A stretch of 64,000 nucleotides of DNA, taken from Eledone cirrhosa. Its lineage: Eukaryota. Under the pieces are notes generated by a model that searched no databases, had not been told where the DNA came from, and saw nothing but the letters and a program-made list of their open reading frames with translations. Positions 12,325 to 24,542 of the stretch are shown here, piece by piece. Each line of letters opens with the position of its first letter. Within the stretch, counting starts at the first letter, position 1. The position numbers and the translations under genes are program-made. The stretch covers positions 313,782,001 through 313,846,000 of the forward strand of contig OZ024743.1 in the NCBI GenBank assembly GCA_964016885.1. The letters run 5' to 3'.

Positions 12325-15300
12325 TTACAGACACATACTCAGAGAAGGCCCATTCTTTCGGGCCATACTTGCTTCTCTCACCCATCTTTCAACAAAATGC
12401 TGGGAAGAGAGCACTTCCCTCTCTACCCTGATTTTCCTTTTCAAATGAAATTTGAAAAAGTTAATCAGGGCATCACCGAAGAGGTAAGTGCTCGTCTTCA
12501 GCCCTTTCAAACGTGTCCACCATACTATCTCTTTCGCCATGGCCACCAAACAGATAAAAACTGCCTGCCCTTCCCGGCTAAAGGAAGAGGGCGGGGCAAT
12601 CCTCACGATGAACTCAGCTGATAGCTGGATCCGTCCTACACGTGACAGCAGATGTTCGACATAAACCCACAAGTCAGCAATGCTCGGACACTGGACGAGT
12701 GCGTGCAGGACGGATTCGTCGCCCTGCGCGCATCTCGGACATGCCCGGCTGACGGCACCTCCATGCCTGTAGAGTTTATCCCGAACTGGCAAAGCTCCTC
12801 GGTAGCACTGCCAGGCCAGGGATTTCTGGAAGTTGTCCATAGGCCCCGGCCAGAAAGTCCTTCCGAAGAGATTGGCTAGTTGATTTTCGCCGACGCCTAG
12901 AGTTTCTCCAAGTACGTCGTCGCTCTTCGCCTCCACTAATCACCTATAGAACGCCAAGGTGGAGTTTCCACCGATCACATTGCCCGATTGGTCGAGGGCT
13001 GTGAGCGCCTGAAGACATTCCAGTCTCCAAGCGCTCCCTCTCGGTCTTCGCTTGACCCAGGACTGCAGCTCCGTCAAGGAGACGAGCTGGGTAAAAACGC
13101 GTCTAGCAAACGGCGACCACACCTGATCACCGTCGAGGGAGAGGTGGAGATGTCGTAGCCTGAGCGCGTGTCTGCGCATCATCAGCCACGGCATGCCCAG
13201 CCCTCCACGTAGCGGGTGTTGACAGCAGATGGACCGCCTGACCATCGGAGCGCGTCCCTTCCACAAGAAGCGAAAGAGCAAACGCTCCAGTGCAGTAAGG
13301 CGGGGCTTAGGACAAGGTACGACGGTCAGGCGGTAGTAGATGACGAAGGCGATGTACGCATTCGCCACCTCCGCTCGACCTTTCAGGGATAGCTTCCTCT
13401 CGGCCCATTTCTGGGTGAGAGAAGCCACCCTGCTCGTCACCTCGTCCCAGTTTTTGTCCGTCTGGAGGTCTGGACCGAACCAGACTCCTAGCAATTTAAC
13501 CGGTCCGTCCAGCGCCCGACGACGCTGTTGGACGGCATGGACCTGCCTCTCCAGGTGCCGAGCTGCAGGCCCACTGACTTTTCCTGGTTGATCATTGCTC
13601 CTGTCACCGCTTCGTATTCTGTTAGTGTAGTGCCGATCGCCTCGATGTGTTTGGCGTTCGACACCACTACGGTGACATCGTCCGCATATGCTGACACGGA
13701 TCTTCCGCATTCTAGTTCGCGCGGGACCCCCCTCAACGTCTCCAGTTTGTACAGTAATGGCTCGAGATTCAATACGTACAATAGGGACGAGAGGGGACAT
13801 CCTTGGCGGACCGAGCGCATGATGTTGAACGGTTCCAAAAGGTGACCGTTCACTCTCACTACAGAGCAGATGTCGCTGTGCATGGCAGCGATCCAGCCTC
13901 TGAAGACGGGCCCAAAGCCAGCCGCCCTCAGGACTGCCGCTAGGTAACGATGGTCGTCCCTATCGAAGGCTTTCGACTGATCTAAATTGATCAAAGACCC
14001 ACCCGTGCCAGGTTCCCTAGCTACCCTCCCTACGATGTATCGCATGAGGTGGAGGTTGTCGTGGATGGATCTGTCGGGAATGGCGCATGTCTGTGCCTCT
14101 CCCACCAGACCACCAACGACAAGCGCCAACCTCTTTGCTAGCACCTTGGCCAAAATCTTGAACTCTGTGTTTAGCAGAGTTATGGGCCGACAATTTACTA
14201 TGTTATCCCCCTTGTTCGGATCCTTTCTCAGCAGCGCCACCGCTCCTCGGCTCACAGAGCTGGGAATTCTCCCGTTCTGTTGCCAGTTGCAGTAGACGTC
14301 CGCCAAGAGGCCTCCGAACAAGTTTGGCATTTGTACGTAAAGTTCATAGGGCAGACCATCCAAACCAGGCGATTTACCCCTTGTGCAACTAGTCATTGCA
14401 TCCCGTACTTCAGCGGTTGTTATCGGCTTTTCGCAACACTCCGCCTCAGTGGCCGAAAGCCGCGGCAGTCCGTCGAGGTAGACACTAAAGTCCATCTCCC
14501 GATCCGGCCCGCCACTGCCCTCGAACAACTGAGCGAAGTGACGCTGAAACGCTTCACACATTTGCCCGGCATCGAGTAGCATGCGCCCGTCGTGGTCCAC
14601 CAAAGACCGGATCGTGGCTTTGTTTCCATGACGCGCCTCCGCCACTCGGGCCCATTGAACGGCTTTCGTCCCCTCGTGTCTGAGAGCACGCACCCTAGCT
14701 CTGAAAACGCAGCCTTCGTGCTTTGCATTGAATAATTGGTCAAGGGCCAATTTCGCCGCAAGTACGTCGGTCGCGATGCCTTTGCTAAGCGCCTCATCTA
14801 ATTTTCTAACTAGTTCTCCCTCTGCTCTATTTTTCTCTATTGCTAAAGTCTTACTAAACCTAATGGACTCTATTCTAATTGCTCTTTTCAGAGCAAACCA
14901 CCACTTGTTGTTGACGATGGCCCCCGTCAACGCCCGCTTAACTAGTTCGCTAATCCGGCCTCTGTTGGCCTTGCGCGCTGGTAAGGACGCGTTTAGCTTC
15001 CAGTAGCCGGGTCCTCGCCTATGAAGCCTATCTAAGTCAAACACACAGATCACGAATTTGTGGTCCGTGTAGCTGACTATCTTGAATTGTTGACAGCCTA
15101 TGCTAGACCTATCTATTTCCCTACAAAATATTCTATCTAGATATGATCTGGATGACCCTATGCGATTTGTCCAAGTCCACATTGGTACATTCGGGAAATC
15201 CATTCGGTACCTGTCAGACAGTTCAAAACGTCTGAGCAGGTTGGTGAGACTCTTGCACCCTCCTTCCCTATCCACTAATCCCACACAATCCCAGCGTGCA

Positions 15301-15740
15301 TCTAAGATCCCGTTCCAGTCCCCCACTAACACTAAAGAGCGGGACGTTCCAAGAAAGGTTTCCAGACGCCGGAAGAAATCAGGCCGCCCTGCTCCTGTCG
15401 GGGCATAGACGGCCACTAACCTGAAAGCTTGCCCGTCTCCGCTGGTCACGTCCAGCACCACCAACTTACCTTCTGGGTTCAGAAAGATGGCCCGTATGGC
15501 AAGATCCAAACCTCTCCGAAAAAGCACAGCAACTCCTCCCCCCGATCCCGGACGGCTGGGAGATGCGTACACATCGTAGCCGCCGAAGATCGGTGCGAAA
15601 GCCTGTGCTTCGGAGATTCTGGTCTCGCTGATGGCCACTACATCTATGTTTAGTGACCTGAGGTCGATGAGCAGGTGGCCCTGCTTCCATGACGACCCCA
15701 AGCCACGCGCATTTATGCTGCCTATTCTGAGTGAGGTCAT
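12325..15740 (-). pseudogene. Tx1 copy 2 ORF2 (APE-RT-CCHC); frameshift near 13500 and stop near 12940
   Basis: ORFs 13488-15740, 12940-13800 and 12325-12936. Confidence 0.92.
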
Positions 15741-15774
15741 GTTGAAAAGGAGTGGAAAAGATGGGAAAGACCAC

Positions 15775-17622
15775 TTACCTTACTTCTCGTAGGGGAAGGA
15801 CGGTTTTTCCATCCTTTTCACTGCTTGTGGCCTCCTCAGGAAGGATGTCCTTATAAATCCTCCTGGAGAGTGCTTGTCGGAAGTCTCCGATGTCTTTGGG
15901 GAATTTTTTGTTTTAGTGTCATGTACGTTTTCTGTGTGATGCGAGTGATTTGTATGTGTGAAGGTGGTGTGAATTTTGGGGTTGTTGTGTAGTCTTTTTC
16001 TGTGATGCTGGTGTTGTGTTGGATGTAGTGTAATAATTGCTTGTTGTTCAAATTTAATGCTGTGTAGTGTGTATCGTTTTGGTTGTTTTGTTTTGTTTGC
16101 GTTTGTTGTGGGTTTGTTTCTGTTTCGCATTTTGGTGACTTTTGTGGTGTAGGTGATGGTGGTGTTGGGGTTAATGATGGTGATGGTGTTGGTGTTTGGG
16201 TTGATGGGATTGGCGATGCTGGTGTGGATGGTGGCATATCTGTCCTAACTTTTTTGTTTCTTAATTTATTTGCTTCCCTCTGTATTTTGTTTTTGGAGGG
16301 GGAAGGAAGAGAATTTTTTCTTTTTTGGTTTCTTTTTTATTTCCGGATATCGTTTCCCACTCCTCGTCGTCACAATCTGTCTCCAGTTGTGATAGGCCGG
16401 GGAGTGGAAAATCCTCCACAGCCGTTAGTTTTGGTTGTGGCGTGGTGGATGGTGTAGGCGCTGGTGCTAGTTCTGAAGCATTGGGTGGTGGTGGTGTTGG
16501 TTTTGCTGGTGGTGTTGGTTTTGCTACTGTTGCTGGGGTTGTTGCTGTTATAGTTGCTTCTGTTGTTGCTGCTACAGTTGTTGCTGCCATCTCTGCTACT
16601 GGTGGTGTTGATGGTTGTGTCACTGGGGTGGGTAGGAGAGGTGGCCTCAACCTTTTAGCCTGAGGGCAGAAAGCCCTTAGGTGGGTTCCTTCACCACAAA
16701 CGACACACCTAGGTCTTCTGCCCTCGACAATTACCGTGAGGTGGCTGCCGTCAGTGAGGTCTATTGCCTCTGGGATCTCCTCAATGCTTTTTTGGTCCGC
16801 TTGGATCAGGAGCTCCATCCCAGATCCGGACCAGTTCTCCTGCTTTTCTTTTGCTATTGCTATTATTTTTGTGTTGGCTTCGATGCCGGCGAGGACAGCC
16901 GCTATTAGCCAGGGAATTTCGATGGCCGGTGGAACGTGGGTCACCCTGATCTTTACGAGTCTCTGGCCACAATAGCTTGGGACGAGTGTGAAGTCGTCAC
17001 TTCTTAATGGGGCCATGGAGTGTTCTCTAGCCTCCTCTGGTGTTTCAAAGAACACGTCCACGATTCCATACTTTTGCCCACGTCTGATGTGGGTTTTTCT
17101 TGCCCACACATGTCCCAAAGCTTTTTGGATTTGGGACTCGGATGCCCGTTCCACTCGGCGCGATTTTACATTTATTGTTCTATACGACACGGTGCATAGG
17201 CGCCGATGCTCCATTTTATTAGGTGGGGGGGGGGACTGACCCTGTACCCATCTTTCTTTACCATTTGTTTGGCATTTTCTAAATCCTCCTGAGTTACCGT
17301 AAATGCTTCGAACTGTTTTGCTACTTTGGCGAAACTGAGGGGGGGGGGGGGTTATAATTTCATTGTTGTTGTTGTTGCTATCGTTAATATTAATTTTAGT
17401 TTCAGTTGTGGTGGTGGTGACGTCAGTCGTCTTTGGTGGGGAAGAGTCCATTTTGCTTGATTTCATTTCGACATCACGAGTTAATTTATTTTTTTCTTCT
17501 TTTGTTTCTGTTGTCGCGGTGGTGGTGGTGGTGGTGGTTGTCGCGGTGGTGGTGGTGGTGGTGGAGGCTTTAACACCTGCAGTCATTGGTAATGGCGGGA
17601 AATGAATGTCTGCCTGAGACAA
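15775..17622 (-). pseudogene. Tx1 copy 2 ORF1; two frameshifts in A-runs; true C-terminus ...KFPKDIGDFRQALSRRIYKDILPEE...LREVR*
   Basis: ORFs 16261-17622 and 15851-16237; manual translation of 15775-15905 aligns with the copy 1 end (KFPNAVGDFR..NRRVYSDIL.EE...QIR*). Confidence 0.85.
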
Positions 17623-18003
17623 ATTTAAAATATTGCTAGTGCTTATATTTTTTTTGTGTTGGCAAACGTAGTAACATTTACAATGGTGGTGTCGGTGTGA
17701 GGTGTTAATTTGTGAGGAAGGCTTTCAGCTGCTTCGTGCAGAGGTGAATTAGCCATTTTTTTCAAAGAAATTTTTTTGATAATAATAAAAGTTTAAATTT
17801 TGGGCACAAGGCCCCAATCTTTTTGGGTGTCCTTTTCGGAAAACAATGTATGTGCGCTTATAAACAGTTAACAATAAAACTTTCCATAAATGACAATTTT
17901 TAACAAACGGAAATAACAAACCTTTGCGGAGCTCACGATGATACGATTTACTACGTAGGTCGCCAATAATAATAATAATAATAATAATAATGATAATAAT
18001 AAT

Positions 18004-20558
18004 GCTTTCTTTATTAACCACAAGGGTTTACATAAAGCAGACATTAAGGACAGTACAGGACAATACAGGACGGTACAAATGGGCATTCCTGCGTGTAAAA
18101 AACCAAAAAACAGAGGATGTAATAATAGAACAATGAAAAAATTCCCCAATAGGGGGGAGACTTCTGTGGGACATTCGTGGAGAAAGCCCATTAAAAAGCC
18201 ACAGTGATCCTGACCACCAGGGCAAGTGCCCTCTCCCAGTTTTCCCACCTTTAATTTACAGACACATACTCAGAGTAGGCCCATTCACTCGGGCCATTCT
18301 TGCCTCTCTCACCCATCTTTCAACAAAATGCTGGGAAGAGAGCACTTCCCTCTCTACCCTGGTTTTCCCTTTCAAATGGAATTTGAAAAAGTTAATCAGG
18401 GCATCAGCGAAGAGGTAAGTGCTCGTCTTCAGCCCTTTCAAACGTGTCCACCATACTATCTCTTTCGCCATGGCCACCAGACAGATAAAAACTGCCTGCG
18501 CTTCCCGGCTAGAGGAAGAGGACGGGGCAATCCTCACGATGGACTCAGCTGATCCGTTCTAGACGCGACAGCAGATGTTCGACATAAATCCACAAGTCAG
18601 CAATGCTCGGACACTGGACGAGTGCGTGCAGTACGGTTTCGTCGCCCTACGCGCATCTCGGACATACCCGGCTGACGGCACTTCCATGCCTGTAGAGTTT
18701 ATCCCGAACTGGCAAAGCTCCTCGGTAGCACTGCCAGTCTGGGGATTTCTGGAAGTTGTCCATAGGCCCCGGCCCGAAAGTTCTTCCGAAGAGATTGGCT
18801 AGTTGATTTTCATCGAAGCCTAGAGTTTCCCCAAGTCAAAGACCGAATCGTGGTTTTATTACCAAGCTGCGCCTCTGCCACGCGGGCCCATCGAACAACT
18901 TTGGTTCCCTCGTTTCTCAGAGCATACGCCTTAGCTCTGACGATGCAACCTTCGTGTTTCGCATTGAAGAAATGGTCTAATGCCATTCTTGCCGCTAGCA
19001 CGTCAGCCTCGTCTAACTTATCTACCCCCCCCCTTCTCTTTTTCTCTAACGCTACTTCTTTGCTAAACTCTATTGACACTACTCTAATCTCTCTTTTGGT
19101 CTCGCTGACAGCAATTACATCCATCTATTGTTGGCGACTCCCCCTGTCAACATTTTCTTAACTAAATTGTTGATCTGGTCATTGTAAGCCTTACCTGCCG
19201 GAAATGACATGTTTAGCTTCCTAACCTACGCGTCTTATCTAGGTCGACTATACAGATCACAAACTTGTGATCTGAATAGGCGACTGTTTCAAAACGTGGA
19301 CAGCTTACACTATTTCTGTCTATTTTCCTAATGAATATCCTCTCTATATACGATCTAGATGACCCTGTCAGACAGTTGGAACTGGCTGATCAGGTTCCTG
19401 AGGCTTTTGCACCCCCTGCTCCTATCGGATACTCCCACACAGTCCCAGCGTGCGTCTAAGATGCCGTTCCAATCCCCCGCTAACAGTAAAGGGCGAGACG
19501 TGCCCAGAAAGGCTTCCAGGCGTCTAAAGAAGTCCGGCCGTCCTGCCCCAGTAGGAGCATAGACGGCTACCAGTCTAAAGGCACCACATTCGTTATTGTT
19601 CACGTCCAGGACCACCAACTTCCCGTCCGGGTCCCGGAAGATCGACCTTACCTCGAGATCCAGGCCTTTCCTAAACAGCACTGCCACCCTGCCTCGCATT
19701 CCCGGCCGGCTAACAGATGCAAAGATCTGATAGTCGTCGAAAATGGGGGCTAGTGCGTGTCGGAAATCCTGGTGTTGCTGACGGCAATTACATCCATTTC
19801 TAGAGACCTGAGGTCATTGAGCAGGTGACCCTGCTTCCAGGACAATCCCAGGCCTCGAACATTTAAACATCCTACTCTTAATACGGCCATGTTGGAGGGT
19901 GAAAAAGAGAGAGAGGAAAGGTTTACTTACCTTCCGGGCTCTTGTGAAGGTCGGGTTGTTCGACCTCCATAGTTAGTGGGGTTTCTTTTGGGAACCCCTT
20001 TAAAAGTCTTGAAGTGGGTTTTACGTTCGGGATTCCCACGTCACGAGGAAAGCTGTCTCGTATTTCTTTGTATAAATCGAGCGACATTTGCACCAGAACC
20101 AAATCTTCCGGCACGCGAAATGTGCTCGATTTAAACATTTCCCCCTCTTTTTGTATATTTTCACTTCGTGTTACGAGGCCAATCAGTTCCTTGTTGGCTC
20201 TCCTGACGACCACGAAGTTTTGTATGTTTTGTTGGTGCGATTTTATTTGTTTGCGTGGCTGTGGTGGTGATGGATTTGTGGGTGTTGTGTCGGTTGTGTC
20301 TGTGTTTGTTGTGAGTGCGGTGTCTGTGGTTTCAGATGTTTGAGTGTATATTTGTTCTTGCGTCTGTTTAGGTTGTTTGCGTTTGGGGGATTCTGGTGAA
20401 GGTGATGGTGGTGTTGATGTGTGTGTTATTGGAGAGATGATTGCGTGGGTGGTGTCTGCGTTTTTTATTGTAGGTGCTTTTGAGCTTTGTTGAGTTTTCT
20501 TTTTCTTTTTGTGTTTCCTTTTTGTATTTTGGGGGATTTGGGTTTTCCCTCATCTTCA
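18004..20558 (-). mobile_element. L1/Tx1 copy 3: chimeric, RT-deleted, 5'-truncated
   Basis: 18004-18836 is near-identical to the 3' ends of copies 1 and 2. It then jumps to a diverged APE region (MAVLRVGCLNVRGLG, AFRLVAVYAPTGAGR, GDWNGILDA) and a third ORF1 C-terminus. Confidence 0.85.
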
Positions 20559-21097
20559 CTACTGGCACCTATGCAAAGTAAACAATTTACCACATTCTGA
20601 GAAGTGGTATGAGCATAAGCCAGAGTCGGTGATGGAAAACGATCAGGTGAAGGTGCTGTGGGATTTTAGGATACAGACGGACAAGAAACTGGAACACAAT
20701 AGACCTGACCTGGTGGTTTGGGACAAGGGAAAAAGATCGTGCCTGATTGTGGATGTAACCTGTCCATTCGACACGAGAGTGCAAGAGAGGGAGAGGGAGA
20801 AAATTAACCGATACCAGGACTTAAAGTGGGAGGTAAAAAGGATTTGGAACTGCCATGAGGTTAAAATGGTCCCGATTGTCATAGGCGCACTAGCTACTAT
20901 CTCAAAGATTTTCCAAGGATGGTTAAAGAAAATTGGTCCCGCCCCGCTTTTTGGAACACTTCAAAAGGCATGCTTGTTGGGAACAGCAAGAACCCTCCGA
21001 TACGTCCTGAATATCTGAGGCTGCAGGTAGTGGCTTGATATTCATTTCAACAAACTTTCCAGTTAAATAACATCAATGACTGAGACTCAAAGAACAA
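20559..21097 (+). mobile_element. Dong family B 3' fragment containing the intact RLE domain and 3'UTR
   Basis: WYEHKPE..LWDFRIQTD..HNRPDLVV..IVDVTCPFD..EKINRYQDL; both ends match 11853-11955 and 11952-12018. Confidence 0.92.
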
Positions 21098-21104
21098 TAA
21101 TAAT

Positions 21105-21249
21105 TCACAAGCCTAAACACCTAAAGATGCATGTGTGTGTATATATGTTCTTTCTTGAACATGGCGGACTTTGTTGTCTCTTGAGGTCACTGGTTGTGTC
21201 TGGTTGTAACTGTTCATAACTCGTATGAACATAAAGCAAGATAACTGCA
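21105..21249 (+). mobile_element. 5'-truncated Dong family A 3'UTR copy inserted in the (TAA)n tail of the family B fragment
   Basis: Matches 1742-1880; bounded by TAA repeats. Confidence 0.85.
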
Positions 21250-21265
21250 ATAATAATAATAATAA

Positions 21266-21580
21266 TTGTTTCTACTTTTGGCGCAAGGCCTGAAATTACC
21301 CAGTGCATTGCTGGTACTTCATTTTATCGACCCCGTAATGATGATAGGCAAAGTTAACCTCGGCTGGATAATAATAATAATTTCTATTATAGGCACAAAG
21401 CCGGCAACTTCCGGAGAGAGGAAAGTCGATTAAACCGACCCTAGTGCATTATAGTGCTTTATTTTATCGACCCCGTAATGATGAAAGGCTACCCTCGGCG
21501 GTATTTGAACTCAGAACTTAATGGGCCATAACGTTATGCTGCCAAGCATGTTTTATGGCGCTCTATCGATACTGCCATCA
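21266..21580 (-). mobile_element. Two partial tRNA-derived SINE copies with (ATT)n tails
   Basis: Reverse complement of the family at 35060 (core GGGGTCGATAAAAT..AGTACCAG, tail GGCCTTG.GCC..AAGTAGAAAC); B-box GAGTTCAAATACC near 21500-21512. Confidence 0.8.
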
Positions 21581-22851
21581 GTAGCGAAACCATCAGAAGC
21601 ATCAGCATTTTGAGCAGTGGCAGAAGCTGTAGCATCAACAGCAGCATAATTAACATCAGCATTACCATTAGCAATAGAAGCATCAGCGGCGGGATCTGCA
21701 GCAGCAATATCAGTGTAATTTCAGCATTAGCCACAGTAACGGTTTTGTTTTATTAACCATATTTTTTAAACAGCAGAAGCCTGCTGTTACTGTTCTTAGC
21801 GGATTGTGTTACCTAATTTTTTTCTAATTGTTTCTCTGATCACAATACTTTGAGGTGGTCACGTCATCACCATCTTCACCGATTTAAAAGTTAAATATTT
21901 CATAGGATATAAATCTTATTTGACCTTATGTTGATTTGGAGTCACTAGGATTTTGGGTTCTATTTTGGCCTCTATTAGACCAATATGTATTACATATTAC
22001 TCTAGCTTGCAAAATATATACTCATCATTTTAGCGAGAGGAGTGATCAACCACGCGTATATTTCGTCGCTAATGTCTCATGCATTGATTTCCACATTCCT
22101 TGGTTGACCTATTAAATAGAACACCAACCTTGCTTCATGTTAGGGAGAGTAAGTAGGTTTTTGTGTTCACCACATGGTGCGCCAACTTCCTTTCTGATTC
22201 GTTCTCTGTTTTTATTACCAATTCTGCCATTTCACATTTTGGAAACACGAGTATTCTTCAAGTAGAAGTGTCTATTTCCATCCGTAAATTCTGAAGGAGT
22301 TGTAGGGGCACATTTGAACTCAGAGCGTAGGGAGACAGAACGAATACCGCTAAACATTCTATCTAATATTCTAACGGCTTAGCCAATTCACCACCTAAGT
22401 AAAAATGTAGAGATAGGAATTTTTCGATCAAAGAGAAACGTTCGTCTGTGATGTATCTTCTTTAGATGTATCGTTGTTAAATCTAGTCCCTATCTGTTCT
22501 CGGCTATATTAGCAAAAGATGTTTGTTGTCTTTTGTATAAATGTTTTACTGTCGCTGTCGTTAGCAATATAGACGTCATTCAAGTTACCGACGTCGGATG
22601 TATTATTGATATTTTTCTCAATGATAATATTCATGTTAGTGTGCATAGTATTAGTGTTATCACTCTAAATGTTTCTCAAAGAATTTCTTTTTTCTGTTCT
22701 TTCAAATAGAATTTGTTCATTGTTGTGTACTGTATGCGATCTCTCTGCATAGATTTGCGTATGTAATAGTATTACTACCATTGTGAGAAACTCATCTCAT
22801 TACAACTATCGAAGACGCCATATTTGATATATTTTTAAATGGCAGGGAGGA

Positions 22852-23308
22852 ATGTACGTATACATACTTATATTTAAGTAACAGCCGTACTAAGAGTGAG
22901 AAATGAAATTTCGTTTCATTTTTTTGTTTATCGTTCTCGGTACCCCGGCCGATTAACTCACTCGATATGCAAATTAGGCTGCTCAGCCGTTAATATGCAT
23001 AAGGAAAGTATATACTTTTAGACGTTCAACCATCTGGCAGGAAGGTATACGTTGCTGACGATAACTAATAAGCTTGAAGCTGGTACAGCGTTCCTTTGTC
23101 AGTGTTGAACAAATGAACAACGATGGTTGCTAGACACCGTACGGCTTAATTCGGGATGTTTGTTTACAAACACACCGAGTATTATAATAAATGTTCGGTG
23201 AATCCGTACGTACATATGTATATGTGTGCATGTATGTATATATATATATATATATATATGCATACTAATGTACGTCTGTATACATATATGTATGTACGTA
23301 TACATACT

Positions 23309-23313
<5 letters not shown>
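22852..23313 (+). mobile_element. ORF-less 440-bp HHR-bearing monomer with 22-bp terminal direct repeat (retrozyme-like, octamer family)
   Basis: ATGTACGTATACATACTTATAT at 22852 and 23292; homologous to the 61417-61932 unit. Confidence 0.7.
23050..23090 (+). ncRNA. Type I hammerhead ribozyme, degenerate (GAAG instead of GAAA)
   Basis: cgttg-CTGACGA-taact aata agctt-GAAG-ctgg-TA-cagcg; aligns to the perfect HHR at 61596. Confidence 0.65.
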
Positions 23314-23358
<45 letters not shown>

Positions 23359-23489
23359 TGTGTATATATAAAGTTATATCTGCATAAATACATACACACA
23401 CACTTATATATATGTGCGTGTGTGTGTATATGTATGTGTGTGCGTATGTGTATGTATGCATGTGTATATACACATATATATATATATAC

Positions 23490-23561
<72 letters not shown>

Positions 23562-23585
23562 ATGTATATATATATGTGTATATAC

Positions 23586-23645
<60 letters not shown>

Positions 23646-23687
23646 TTATTAAAATAACAGATTAAAGTTTAAGCAAAGAATCGCTGC

Positions 23688-23784
<97 letters not shown>

Positions 23785-23848
23785 TATATACACACATATA
23801 TATATATATATATATACATACCCATATATGTATATATATATATATATA

Positions 23849-23944
<96 letters not shown>

Positions 23945-24383
23945 TATTTATGCGAACAAAATGTGTTCATAACTCTCATTGTATCTACATACATATACAT
24001 AGATTTAATTAATCGTGAAATCTTGATCTAATGAGAAAACAAGTTAGAACTAAAAGAAGAAAAATCGTAAAATGCAAAACATCATTTTACGATCCGAAGC
24101 ACATATTTTCACCGGAATAATTGATACATATATTACAACACTGAAGATTAATGCGCTGATATTTTGTAAATTTATTTGGAATATGTCAGTTGGGTTGTCT
24201 AAATATACTTGTGGTTATATTATATAAATATATAACCAACGTTACGGAAGGTAGATGAGAGAAAAAACGACATCTTGTTTTGGTAAAAGTGAAAATTAAT
24301 GGCGATGAATGGTTGAAAGATATTTATCAGTGAGTGGAACAAATATTGTAATTGTAATATCACTGTCTATCACTGTCCGTCCG

Positions 24384-24415
<32 letters not shown>

Positions 24416-24433
24416 ACTCTCTCTCTCTCTCTC

Positions 24434-24511
<78 letters not shown>

Positions 24512-24542
24512 CAATTTTTTACTATATATATATATATATATA

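Larger units (their letters stand above)
12081..17964 (-). mobile_element. L1/Tx1-clade LINE, copy 2 (full length, few lesions), flanked by (TAA)n at both ends
   Basis: 750-aa APE-RT ORF (YADD) plus downstream fragments; 453-aa ORF1 with CVVCGEGTHLRAFC knuckle. Confidence 0.95.
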
